Assembly (NCBI RefSeq): GCF_001949145.1
Contig: NW_019091356.1
Span: 3,950,934 to 4,014,933, forward strand
Length of the DNA: 64,000 nt
DNA from: Acanthaster planci
Lineage: Eukaryota
Direction of reading: 5' to 3'
Below, piece by piece: positions 25,518 through 38,300 of this stretch (positions within the stretch are counted from its first letter, which is position 1; the number at the start of each line of letters is the position of its first letter). The position numbers and the translations under genes are program-made. Under the pieces are notes generated by a model. It did no database searches, was not told the DNA's origin, and worked only from the letters and a program-made list of their open reading frames with translations.

Positions 25518-28026
25518 ACGCAAAGCCTCTATAGTGCAAATGTTGCCTGCAGAAAGCTTTGGTATATGGCAGTGAAGTCATGGACTGTGCATTGTTCATG
25601 TGTGAATACTGGTGTCATTTTTCGGATAACAGCTCTCCAGCCTGCTTGGAATGGAGGGTCATCCAAAGTTGAGCAGCGTGTTCTTGGAAACCACAAGTTA
25701 AATTCAAACCTTTCGTTGGCAACGGAAAACTGAAAATCGATAATCCCTTCTACGTAAACCTCCCCATCTAACCGTAGAGAAAGGAAATGACAGCTCCAAC
25801 TAAAAACATTCATTCGGTTTTTTCTAGAGGTGACAATGCATAGTCACTGTAGCGTGACAGGATTCTTTGTATGAAAGTGAATGGTGATGAAGTTCATAAG
25901 TGGAAGCATTTTTTATGGTTCTACTTTGTTGTCAACACTCGAGCAGATCGCAATTCCACATTTTGTTGGCATTTCAGGTTTCCTGAAAGTATTCCAAGTA
26001 TAATAATCATTGTTTGAACAGATGGTACCATTCAAACAAGCTGCAAACAGCCGATACGGTAGTGGTCGCAGATCATTGCATGATATTCAAGATGCCCAGC
26101 AAGAAATATTGCATGGATTGAGATCAAGCGTATTGGACGACTGGATTTTTACAAGCGTATATGCAACACATACAGCCGGTGAAACATTTTAGTTATGGTT
26201 CAGAATTAACTTTCATAACCACTATAATCGGTATATTTACATTTCACTTTCTCTTTGAAAGGGATATTGCTGCAAAAGTCATAAGAAACCGACCTAAAAT
26301 AAAAATGATAATTTACAGAAATGAATTCAAACGCTCGGTTTCCCTGAAAATTCCCCTATTAGTACATGCCTATGTTTTCAAAATGGGATACACGGAACTC
26401 TCCAGTTTGGAAAATGAAATAATTCTGTACTTGACCACGGTCATATATGGAGGCAAAATCGTAAATTGTCATCCATTGAATCGATGTCTGCTTGAACGAA
26501 TGAATACAATCCTTACACGTGTCATTGGAATGTTCTAGACATAATTGGTCATCCAAATCCAACCATGTACATTGCGCGCTCATTTCGGTGTCAGTGACAT
26601 TGAACGTGGCGACAAAACTTCCCTACTTCAAAATTTTTGATATATCAAAAAAAGTAAGCACCCAAGCAACACTTTGTGTACATATGGAATGAGAATACAC
26701 TGTAGGCCTACACATCATTTATAATACATGGAAGGCGGGTTTGTGGAGACCATGGGAACTAATCTCTGTTTTGAGCTGTATGATTCTTAGAAGAACCAAT
26801 ACCACAACTCAACTCCACAACTACCACAACTCGGTGCTACCGCAAACCTTCCATACGGTGCTCAGGTTCACCCGTGTAAATCTTGAAGTTACACTCAACT
26901 TTCTCTGGAAAGGGTTAAAGGGGCTCCATACCTCTAGATGCTTGGATGATGCACGATCAAGATCGAAACCTTGTGGGATGTGCAAGACAAGTTTCAGCGG
27001 GCCAACTTCCTTGTTAATCCACACATTCTCAGTGACCAGAGCGGAACAAGCTAGTAGCGTGCTCGGTCAAGAGAGCTCTCTGCGAGACCAGATTGCCGGT
27101 ATGTGTTACACGCGAGTGCGAAACCCGAGTTCATGGACGTTGATGAAATATCAAATGTTATTTCCGTTGAAAAGAACTTTCTGGGAATTCCAAGCAGAGA
27201 TGTGCTTCTTTACAGAGCTTTTTTCCAGATGGATGTCGGAATTTTATTGTATCACTGGCATTTGGCTTGTGTCAGAGTTTGGATATTTCCAGCGAAGTTT
27301 GTGACTGAACTTTATAGGCTGAAACACAACAGTGATGGAAATCTCATTTCGACATCACAATGATTATAGAAAATCTTTCTTGATCCGTAACTTGAAGAGG
27401 AACAACAGGAAATCGGAAATTCAAATGGACATCTGAAGCGACCATGACATTGACGAGCGATCTGTCCCAGCTTGACGGAACTCCTGCCTTGAAATCGCAC
27501 GTCCCGTGCGTATAGCTTTATGTACTGTGCACCTCCACGCCCAGCTTACATTCTAAGTTCAAGGAACTGACATTTCGGGACATTCAAGGGCACCTTTTAT
27601 AAATAAGGTTTGGCGTGAACCATGCAAGAATTTCCTAAGGGGCACCACCACCGACGCATTGTAAGAAAACATCAGCGCTGAATTACCACCATGTGGCATT
27701 TCATGGTGTATGATGACCATGGCTGTGTCCAAAACTCATGGCTGCGGCTGCAGATAACACGTGCGTCAATAGGGGCCACTGGATAGCCACTTCCCGTAGC
27801 CGTGCGTGTAAATCCCATTCGCTGCCAGTTGATATGGCCTCTTGCCGAACCAGATCCCAGAGTATCAATTCAACATAGCAGTTGATTCATTTCTACGGTT
27901 CATGGCTTGCACACGGGCTATCCCATGGATTATGGTTTCTGATTATCCCATGGGTTATGGTTTCTGATTATCCCATGGATTATGATCTGTCGCGCCACAT
28001 TATAGGCCTAGTAAGAGGTGCTCTAT

Positions 28027-28282
28027 GGGTAATTCCAGAAATTAGGGGTCCATTTATTTCGTGTCCCTGTCACATCTGACATGATTTTGATTATGATTTT
28101 ATAGGTTCAAAACACATTTTCTAATTTTCAAGAGTGATGAATTAATGGAAAATTACCTGCCAAACAAATAGCAACAGTCTGAAATCAATTCCAGTGATAT
28201 TTCCACGTCAAATATCAAAGGTCAGATGTAACAGGGACACGAAAATGTCACACATTTGGACCCCTAATTTCTGGAATTACCC
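28027..28282. mobile_element. MITE, family C (copy 1)
   Basis: 26-bp perfect TIR gggtaattccagaaattaggggtcca / tggacccctaatttctggaattaccc plus subterminal inverted arms; second copy at 51719-51927. Confidence 0.85.
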
Positions 28283-30402
28283 CTTTATGATAATTTTTCA
28301 ATTTCTTTTTACATTTAAGAATGGTGTAACAGTGCCACACTTCCAGATTCCTTACATCGACGAAGTAGCTCAAAATTAAGGCGTTGGAAATCTGGCAGTT
28401 TGCAAATTTTATTCGAGTAATTTTTATTGCAGTGTACAATTTGTTTTCAGGAAGTAGGTCCAGCAATCCTGCCATCTCAAGTCATTCGGACCTCCATAAA
28501 AATGTGTGAGAATACTAAAAACACGTGCATGCACAGAAAAAGTAATGTGGACATTGTTGCAGTAGTAAACCGCGCGCATCTCTCATCTGCGGATAATTGG
28601 GTGGCCCCTTAGGAACCCTCGGGCCGCTGCATTCACTCTGTACGCAGGACAATACCCCAGTCACAAGAACACCTGCATTACGCATTTAAAGTCGGGGCCT
28701 TCAAAGGGCAAACCAGGATTTCACTATACTTCCACGATTCGGTTGGTAAGAGACACCTGATCCAACCAGTGTTATCACCATGCTATAACTATCGACGTAT
28801 CGGTGTATCCTTGAAATTTTTTTTCCGGTATTTGCTTACTGAATGACAGTCTTAGTCTTGTTCTAAAGGAAACTTATTAAGCTGACCTAAGTCAATCTGT
28901 AAGCTCAATTAGGCACTTGCCACAATGGGTGATTATAATGAATTAAAATTTACGCAGTTCTTAATCTCGTATACACATTCACAGGGTACCTGTACTGTAC
29001 ATGTACAATGTTTAAAAGTAAACTATTCTGGGTTAGTACAGTGTACTGTTTTTAAAACAGGGTTCATTGTGCATACACCGAACAATAATACATGTGCAAG
29101 TTATTTTGAATATTTAATGAAGGCAACTTGAAAAACGCTCACCGTCGACTGCACTGTCGTGTTGCTGGCGAGGTTGTCTTTCGCCGATGCTGGGAAGTCG
29201 GTAATGTCGTATCGTCAAGGGAGTATTTTTACAGCGTGCCCAGCCGTTTATCCCATTCAGGTGAAACGTGCGCTGTCTGAGACGAACGTTTCCAGCCGTT
29301 ACACAGCGGGCCTCTGAATATGTAATTCATAAACGGTGTGTTCACCAAGAGAATTTTTAGTGTCGAGTTGGCCCCACATGTATAACGCAGCTGCCTCTCA
29401 CACGCAAGCTAATTGAGCGTCTATCATCAGTTGCTGTATAACCCGTTCCTCATAACACCCCCTTTCCACGAGCGTGCAGAGCTCCTGAGCAGCAGAAGTG
29501 GCTTACGGCAACATCCACTTCAACACAGAACGTCCTCTCACTCTCAGAATCCAAATATTGTGGTTCCATTAATTAAGGGAAGCGTAGGTTATCTTTATCA
29601 GCGTACTTGCTTTCTTTCTCGGTTACAATGTCAGCCACGTCCGTATTGATATACGTGTATTTACAAAGAAAGACCATTACAAGATGGAACGACTTCCTCC
29701 ATCCGTTCGTTTCCTGTGCTTCCCCGCACGTTATCTGACCAGCAGCGACTGCTCTCCGCGGGATTGTGATAGCTTATCATGCTTGCATATGCACTGCGTG
29801 AACCTTCTGTTATCAGTAATGTACTGCCATAGAGTCGAATGGGAGCCGTGCGTTTGTAGTCGGATTACCCATTTCCTCTGTCGTGCTGTGAGTAGGCAGA
29901 GGCGACAGCCACCAGACAATAACATTTCCTTTGTTTCAAAGTGGGATTGGCGTCTGCGGTAGTAAAGATGCACAGCGTTAGACGATCGTAGGACATCTGT
30001 GCCTGTGTTGGGATTATTAATATATGCACGCCATTGTGTAACACTATCCATCCCCGGATTCCCTTTGTTCCTTCGCTTGGCCTCTCCAAGGAGTATAAAT
30101 TTACCGTTTACAAAAAATAAAAACAACGTGAATAAGAAATTATCATTTCATGGATAAAAACACCACTTTCGGAATAGGCTTATTCAACTTTTTTTGGGAT
30201 TTTTGGGATTTTTTTTGTCTGTCAAGCGAAACAAACGATGTCCGATAATTAATATTCGTATTGCAGCGCCCTCTGTCGGCAGTCTATTCATTTCAGCACA
30301 AAAAAATCCTTAAGTTAATTTTCCTCAGAGGCTGCTAGTTTAGATTGTTGACGGCAATGAGAACTGCAAGAATTGGCTGATATGAGATGATGCAGGTACA
30401 CT

Positions 30403-30898
30403 ATAGGGCACAGTCCACTAATTCAAGCCCCATTGAAAACAGTGTAAAATCAGGACCGTTCAGGGCCCAATAGCATGCATGCCAACATCCCTGAGATTTC
30501 TGAAACACAAATGAAATGATTGTCTGGTCCCTCGTCTTTCAGTTTCTTTTCAGATTATTTGTTTAACCAATTACATTTTTAAATATTCTCACAAAATGAA
30601 ATCCCCCCGAAAAGTGATTTGTTTCCGAGGTCTGATTGCAGCCATTTTTCAAGTGGCAACCCTCAACTTTCTCTGGTACTTTAGGACCAATTTTTCAATT
30701 TTTCAACCGTACTTTTGAGCCAATCTGCTCTCATATGAAAGCTCAAAGACCCAGGGAGTTTATCCTGGCAACCATTTACACAATCCCATCATTTTGGGGC
30801 CAAACAATCTCTTCTTTCAAAAGATACTGTGGGGGCACTTTTAATGCTAATGAGCTGGCCAGAAATTCTCACTTGAGCAAATGGACTGCACCCTTTAA
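30403..30898. mobile_element. Degenerate non-autonomous DNA transposon (Kolobok-like ends)
   Basis: Imperfect TIRs agggcacagtccactaattcaag / cttgagcaaatggactgcaccctt followed by taa. Confidence 0.4.
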
Positions 30899-32356
30899 TG
30901 TCATCTGATGCAACAGACATGTTGACCGAAAGTTTTGAAATCTGCCTATTAATGGTAGAGGGCGCCACAGATTCACACCACCCACGATAAAATCATCATT
31001 ATTATAGACGAATCCGGACCCGCGGTAACTGTCACGTGTTGCAGGAAGTCCAACTAATAAAATAATGGCAAATGCATTGTACCGGCTATTTGACAACGTA
31101 ACCACCAACAACGAGGACTATTCTGAAAAGTCCAAGTTAAAGCAGCGACTATTATTAGTCAACCGTGCATTGGTCGATTTTACCTGGTAATTTTGATGTG
31201 GATAGCGGCAAAATCGACGAATGGGTTGATGTTATGGTCGCTGGTCAAACTTGGCCATAGTTGGGCACCACGCTTTTCCGCCATTACTGGGGATGGTTGG
31301 TTTAGACAGTTCGGGTCTTCTCCTACAGAGTACCGTGTTCACGTCATCGGAGATTCCTCTGCATCATGGATGGCCCATAATAATATCCGCTCTTGACTGT
31401 AGTCTCTAAATGATTTGATTCCTGATCCTTTATGTCATCTCGTGTCCCTACAACGAAGACGTGCGTCATGATGCATAGAAGCAAGACACGGCCAGAGTGC
31501 ACCATAGCACGAAACCAATATCCAATTTACTCAACCGAGGCACACCAATCACAAACTTCTTTAATTATTAGTTTTTTTGTGATCAAGTTCGAATGTACGG
31601 GCGTCTGACGGAGTAAGTCCGCGTTGTAGGTTGAGCAGCTAGCTTGATCTTAAGAATATTCAGCATATACGGGAAGCAATCTATGATGATCTTGAAATAA
31701 AACACAAAACAAGATAAATTGGCACAATTATAGTAGACCAAGATTTTCTTCTAATTATCATATGCTATGGGAAGACACTCGTAGCGGAAACATGTTGGAT
31801 CTACATTTCCTACTCTTATTCGTTTCTTTTTCTTTCTCTTTTTTTTAAATTTAGCTGGATGGATAATTTATTGATATTTACTGAGACGTGCAGGTCATGT
31901 TGGGAGCACCAGCCGCGTCGTCAACGGTCCACACGGGGTGATCATTGGTGACGCATAGCCCGTCGGACTTAGAACGACACTTCGCTGATGAATGTCTCGC
32001 TGTGGACATCTCGTGTTTCGAACGCTCTCGTGTAAACAGAACACGATCAGGCGAGATGAAAACCTTGATTATTAGCGAGGGACATGGATGGTTTCCGAAG
32101 GATGAACCACAGACAAGCGCAGTTCTAAATTGCATGCGTTAAAGACGGCGTCTTTGAATAAAATGGTAAAGTTCTTTAATTTGCGCCTCCCATGGACTTC
32201 TGTCTTGTTTCTTAAGCGTTTAGTAACCTTGTGTGTGCTAATTAATCTGACAACATTTGATCTGAATAGACACTCAACTTGGCCCTCAGATTGTCATGGA
32301 GGGCGCATATACGTTGGCAATTTGAATGACTGACAATCCTTTGTGGGACAACGCCT

Positions 32357-32567
32357 TTAAAGAGCATCTCTAAGGAAAACATGTTTTCTCTGATTTCATC
32401 TGTTCAAATAAACACGGAAGCATCCAAATTGAACCCAGTGTATTTTGTCTTCAGAGCTCAACTATATCAAGTTAAAAAGGGTTTTTTCTGATACTGCGTT
32501 CGATTTGGATGCTTCCATATTTATCTGAACAGATAAAATCCGTGTTTTCCTTAGAGATACTCTTTAA
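32357..32567. mobile_element. Foldback MITE flanked by TTAA
   Basis: TTAA at 32357-32360 and 32564-32567 flank long imperfect inverted arms (agagcatctctaaggaaaaca...ggaagcatccaaa / tttggatgcttcc...tgttttccttagagatactct). Confidence 0.7.
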
Positions 32568-35114
32568 AAAGAAAGGCGGTTCGTTCATGAGATAGATCCA
32601 TTCTGTCTAGACACTGCCCTGGATTGGAATTTACTAGGGGTGGGCGTGCACATAAAGGAAACAGTTCAAAAAGTGGCGTGGGAGAGCCAACCGCATCAAA
32701 GTCTGAAAATTGATCTCGGGACTTGGACTGAGTATGCATGATGGTTGAGTTCGGGTGGCCTGTTAATGTTCTTGACACAGATTTCTTCGGTTCCCGAACT
32801 CGAACTCGAACGGCGGGAACTTGTGACGACCCAGGAACACTGTTCTCGGAACAGGATCACACAACACCTCCTCGTCAGGGTTTTACGGGAACACACGAAA
32901 AAACTCCTGAAATTTCAAACAAATTTTTGACTACCGTAAGAAATAGCGAGATGGCTTACAAAGCCGGAGACAATAAGAAATTTTGCAAAATGAACACTTT
33001 TAATTTTCCTTAACACAGGAATGAATGAAAGAATTCAGCCCAGTTATCCAAGCATTAACTCCTCGAAGAAGTGACAGACGTCGCCATTTTTCTTGTAGTG
33101 CTACTTCCAGCAATAACCAGTTTTATGTTCCCGGTGTTCGAGTGACCGACCCACGAACAACATATTGAGCTGTTCATGAACCTACGAGAACAAGCCTCCC
33201 GAGCTGAGCCATAAAGTGGGTATTTATCGCATGCGAGAGTGTACGGACCGTTTGGTACACAGCCCGAGTTTCCTTCTCCCGCCTTTAAAATCAAAAGAAA
33301 CTGACGGTGACGCTTCCAGATTATTGGTGGTGGATATTGCTGAAAACACTGGGTTCGAACTCGAAGGCGTGCTTGACAAGAATTCAAACTCTGTTGTGAT
33401 GTCAACACCTTCAGCTTATGTTTCTGGCCACCCAATCTCTTTATCGTAGAGAAACAAAAAAAATCCCCTCGTAAATCAAGAGATGGATGCATATTTTGGC
33501 AATGACGTAGCGTGTTCATGATCGTTGACTGATCATGACCATATGTGATATGGGCAAACACAACTCTGGCACCGTGGCAACCTATCCCATTATGCATATA
33601 TTTCGAGACTGGTGGAGACTGGTGGTGAGGGCATAATCTGTCCTGATCATGCCTACAAAAACTGTCGCATTTGGGTCACGGGGCACGCTGCAAGAGGGCG
33701 CAGTGCCAGCATGCCAGCGTTGATCCTTGTTAAAAATGCTCAGAGGACGCTGAAATGAATTGTGTACACTGTCATGCCTTGTTAGGGTCTTTCATAAGTT
33801 TTAAGAATTTCAGAGGGTTTGTTAGTTTATTCATTTGCTAAGTTGTCGCCAGTCATCGATGGACGGAGAACTTGTAAAACCTAAATGTTCTTTTTCGTTC
33901 AACACTGCACTAATATAAAGGCTGACAGGGATTACTGTCTTAAAGTTGACTATAGAGGGCGCCGCAACTTTTCGCCCTACCATCATCCATCGTCTTGAGC
34001 ATGGCACTCGACCCGTACATCATATTTTGTGTCTTGTGAAGCCGCAGACTGTAAGGAATGCTGTGTTTGTGTTTGCTCGGTCAAGTGTCATATGAGAATT
34101 TCAAAACATCCCAATGAAAGATCAGGATGTTATACGGTGATTTCGCTTTTTGTTAGCTAAGCCCCACCCCTTTTGGGAGGAGGTAGGGGGATGGGGCTCC
34201 CTGGTTTGCCTATGACTCGGCTATGATATAAATATTCCAGGCAGGAAATTCTCATAAAGAGGTATCCAATAAAATTACCCCAACTTAGAAGTACATTAGC
34301 CGAATATGAATCATTCACTGTGTACACTCAGACACGTCCTCCATCAGTCGGGAACTTGAAACGTACTTGACAAGAAGACTTGAAAACGAAGTTGACTCAT
34401 AAAAATAACATCAGTGACATCAAGAGTAACTTTTTAATTACTGTAGTTCTGCTGTTGACAACTTAGAAAAGGGTGCCTTCCATCAAATTAATGGTTGCAT
34501 TAGCTCATTAATATTTTGTGATCCCACAGGGATTTGAAAAGAAGACGTGCCATAACCAGGAGGGACCACAGAGATATTTCTATAAATCCCGAATTCAGGA
34601 CTGATAGTTTCCAGTTCGGCGTATTTCTTTCACAATTAAAGCCCCAAATTGCGGGCCTATTTTGGATGGAGGCGGGCAGCTACATTCAGAACTGAGCGCA
34701 TAGTTTTACTACTATTTTGGGGGTGTCTTCGGGGAAAAGGCGAATTAAAATAAAATCGTGGCTAACCCCCATAAAATTGAAACGAAAAGTGATCTTTTGG
34801 CCATAATGTTGAATTTCCAGTGAAAAAACGGAGGCCGACTTCTTCCCGAGAGTCACCAGGCGGCGCCGTTTCGGTCTGATTTTGGAACTGTTTTCTATGG
34901 GCGGCGCATATTTGGTGCAGTGCAGCCAGAAGGCGATCAGAAGCTTACATAAACGCAGTTGAAGCAAAGTGATCTCTCGACATGAAAAAGTAGCATTTTA
35001 AATAACCGAATAAACTTGCCAGAAACTTTGTTATCACAATATAATAACATGTACAGCGTCAAGTATCGAACACGTGGCGTGAGTGGTTCCCATGTTGTCC
35101 CCCAGGTCAATCTT

Positions 35115-35270
35115 GCGTGACGTGACGCGTGACGTGGTGGTCCAATCCGCTAGGTTGACGACGTGGTTAGACTGATGACATTGACAAGGATCGCCTGGTC
35201 TGAGTGATAGGAAAAAGTCGCCTTTTATTCCCTGCTAGGTCTGCACAGTCGCGGAAGTTCTATTTAAAAT
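35115..35270 (+). promoter_or_regulatory. Candidate proximal promoter of the integrin alpha gene
   Basis: CpG-rich stretch with tandem TGACG (CRE/ATF-like) motifs at 35118-35135, CCAAT at 35142, ETS-like CGGAAGT at 35252 and TATA-like TATTTAAAA at 35261, all within about 265 bp of the ATG. Motif-based only. Confidence 0.45.
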
Positions 35271-35379
35271 GCCGCGGGTAAACTGAGCTGTGTATTAGAG
35301 AACTTGGTGTGACTACTAGTTGAGCTGTTCTGGTAGAGTCAAGTCACGTTTTGTGCTCCAGTTTTTGGAAGTTGGAACA

Positions 35380-38300
35380 ATGTTTACACGAGAAAAGTCC
35401 GTGAGGAATAGCAGGGAGCAGTGCGTGGACGGGGGTGCGCTGGGGGCAGAGGGTCGTGTGGCCCCGTCATTCTTGAGGACGGTGCACGCCTGTGTATGTT
35501 GGAGGCTGGCTGTGTCATTGGGATTATGGCACTGCCTGTTGTTGGGTGTAGTCCAGCCCTTTAATCTGGATACAAGTGCCCCTGTGTCCTACGAAGGACC
35601 CACTGACAGCTACTTCGGATATTCTGTTCTCTTGCACGAGAACTCGGCAGGGAAATCGTGAGTATTTTGTCATGTTTTGTGCTTCGATGGAGTCATTGTC
35701 TTGTATTTGTTGACCTACACTGTCGTACTGTTACTGTACTTTGGCCACTCATTCCTGATTGAGGTTGAGATGATATCTCAACCTCAATCGGAGTTACAAT
35801 ATAATATTACTACCGCTCTACATGTACGTCTACGTGTGAGTTGCTGGTAGGTTTGAATAGAGCACAGCTCCTAGATCAATTTCTTCTACCATTGCAGTCG
35901 CTGCTGTCACAATGACTACTTCTGATCATATTCGTAGCCATGAAATTAACTTAACCTTTTCTTTTCATAGTCCATCTTCAACAATCACTCTATAATTGTT
36001 TAGAGCTACAATGATTTGTTGTTTCTTATAGTAATATGTATGTATGTTTTGTGTAAGGGCATGCCTAACACAGGGTTTGCTTTTAAGGTGTTGCCACCTC
36101 TTCTGGCATATATATGCCTTTTAGACTTGTCTTTTTATTATTATTTCTGCCACGGGAGGAAATAAATGTGTTTGTGATACCTCCTTGGTAATGCTTAGCC
36201 TAATGGCTGTTCTAGATTTCCAGCGTCAGATTTCATGGTTGTCAACAGGGGTAGGTCAGTTTGTAGATTTATTACAACAAAGTTTGGGAAAGAGTTCCAT
36301 ACATAGGACGTGACATAATACCCTGTGCACAAACCCTGTGAGATTGGTCAGAAAATTTCTAAGTGAATCCTTCGATATTTTCCCAGCAAAATTCGACTTT
36401 TTAGGGCAGGTTATCACCTTCTGATGGCTTATAAATCATTGCAAGGGAAACTCAGTGATGTCCGTGCATGAAACTCTTACCGATGTGCTTGGGAAAGTTT
36501 TGAGTATGATGCACGTACATGTAGGCCCACTGCAGGTCTTTACAAGAATGTAGTTCTGTTTAGACATTAGGATTGAAGTTTTCTTAAAAAACAACAATAA
36601 TGATGATTTCCTGGTTGTGTTAAATATCTTTTGAAAAACCAGATTTTGAAAAAGGTACAAATTTTTCAAATACATACACTGTATGGTATCTGGTGCACTT
36701 GTAGAATTTACATGTACAGTGTGCACTAGAATCACGACGTATATGTTTTCAATGCATCGTATAACGCAGTAACTCTTGTAGAATTAACAATTAGAGAATT
36801 ATTAAAATTGTGTATTTGTAGCATTATCCTTCCCTTTATAATTATCCTCAGTATTGTCTATACTTTTCTTGAAGAAATCATGGAAATGTCCATTGTAAAC
36901 ATGACCTACACTTTTCACTTGTGTCTTTTGGGCTGTCTACAGTGCTTCCATATCCATTACTCAAACACCCCCCACCCCACATGACAGTCTGACGAGCCCT
37001 GGTCCACTCAGTCAAGAGGAAGAGTGCCTCTGACAGGAATTACTCAGTTCAGTGATTCAGACCCGACTTTGCCTACTGTAGGTCGTCGGCTATAAATATC
37101 GGCACGCGGAGTCACTTCCTAATGACTTTACTCCCAAGTGTAGCATGCGTGCATTTATGGACGAGTCCTAAAGTTCACTGTGTTTTGTGCAAACTATGGA
37201 AAATGTTTGCTGAGGGAAGAAAGTAGAAATTACAAATGCCAGAAAACTGTCCAAATATGTGTTTGTGATGCATAAGGGCACACTGTCTTTGGTGTCCGAC
37301 AGCAATCAGTTGATGCACCATATCAACAGCACAGTACATGTATACAGCCGAGCGCTAAATTTAGATAGTCAGTACTTAAAAAGTTACTTCCTGTTAGGAT
37401 TGGTTTCCTTACCCAACGTTTGTGTAGGAGAAGTTGATCCAGCTAGTTTTAAGTGTCTAATTCTGTGTCTAGTCATTTTAAATGCTTCTAATGTACCCTC
37501 ACTCCTCTGAAGGTTTGTTTGAAACAATTTTGTAAACAATCAATTGCTGATAACACTTATAGTGTGCCTAATGGATTAATTTCAGCTCTGGGGTGTTTAC
37601 ATGGACATCTGAATGGTTGTTAAGGCATCCATGCGCGTATAACTGGACACAAAGTTACCGTTGGGGGAGAAATATCCCTGTGCTGTTTTGGAAAATTTGC
37701 CTAATCCATCTTGGCATCGCATAATTTCAGCAGGGCTTTCTTGTAAACTTGCTTTAACCCGAGTTGATGCTTACAGTTACCGTTCACATAGAAAGCGAGA
37801 CTTCCTGTTGCCAAATTTAACAGGGTTCTGAATTGCAAACAAGCAGAAAAGAGTTTTGCTTGGTTTCTCAACCTTGTGAATGTAATATTTGCAAGAGATT
37901 TCATGAATGATATCTCCTTTCCCGCTCTCCTTTCTTTAAGGGTGTTAGCCGGGGCCCCCACGGCAAACTCAGTATACCAGCGATTGTTGCGAAGGCCAGG
38001 AGCATTATATCAATGCGGACTCTCCTCACAACGTATTGGAATACGATGTCAGCAGGTTAAATTAGATGACAAAGGTAAGACAGGATACCGTGCTAGAAAC
38101 AAAGCATTTTTTCCATGTGGCCTGCAGTGTCATTTGTTTGAGGTTTTTGAATTTACCTTGAATGCATTCCTGACAAGAACAAATAAACGAGAGGTACATA
38201 CCGTCTGGCTTCGGCCAGGCAAGCACTGACTGAAAGTATATCTTATGTTTTTCTCTGCTTCCAAAACTTCAAATGTGCAAATATTGTTGTGAACCCCATT

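Noticed and set aside
24941..27500. Several ORF fragments suggesting a gene or pseudogene between the integrins
   Set aside because: No recognisable domain, frequent stops and no consistent exon chain; blastx would be needed to exclude a decayed element.
23166..27983. Small local duplications (24-bp direct repeat at 23166-23220; 24-bp tandem at 27918-27983)
   Set aside because: Ordinary slippage-type repeats with no sign of function.
33055..33597. 180-aa minus-strand ORF
   Set aside because: No motif or splice structure recognised; probably chance or a decayed transposon.
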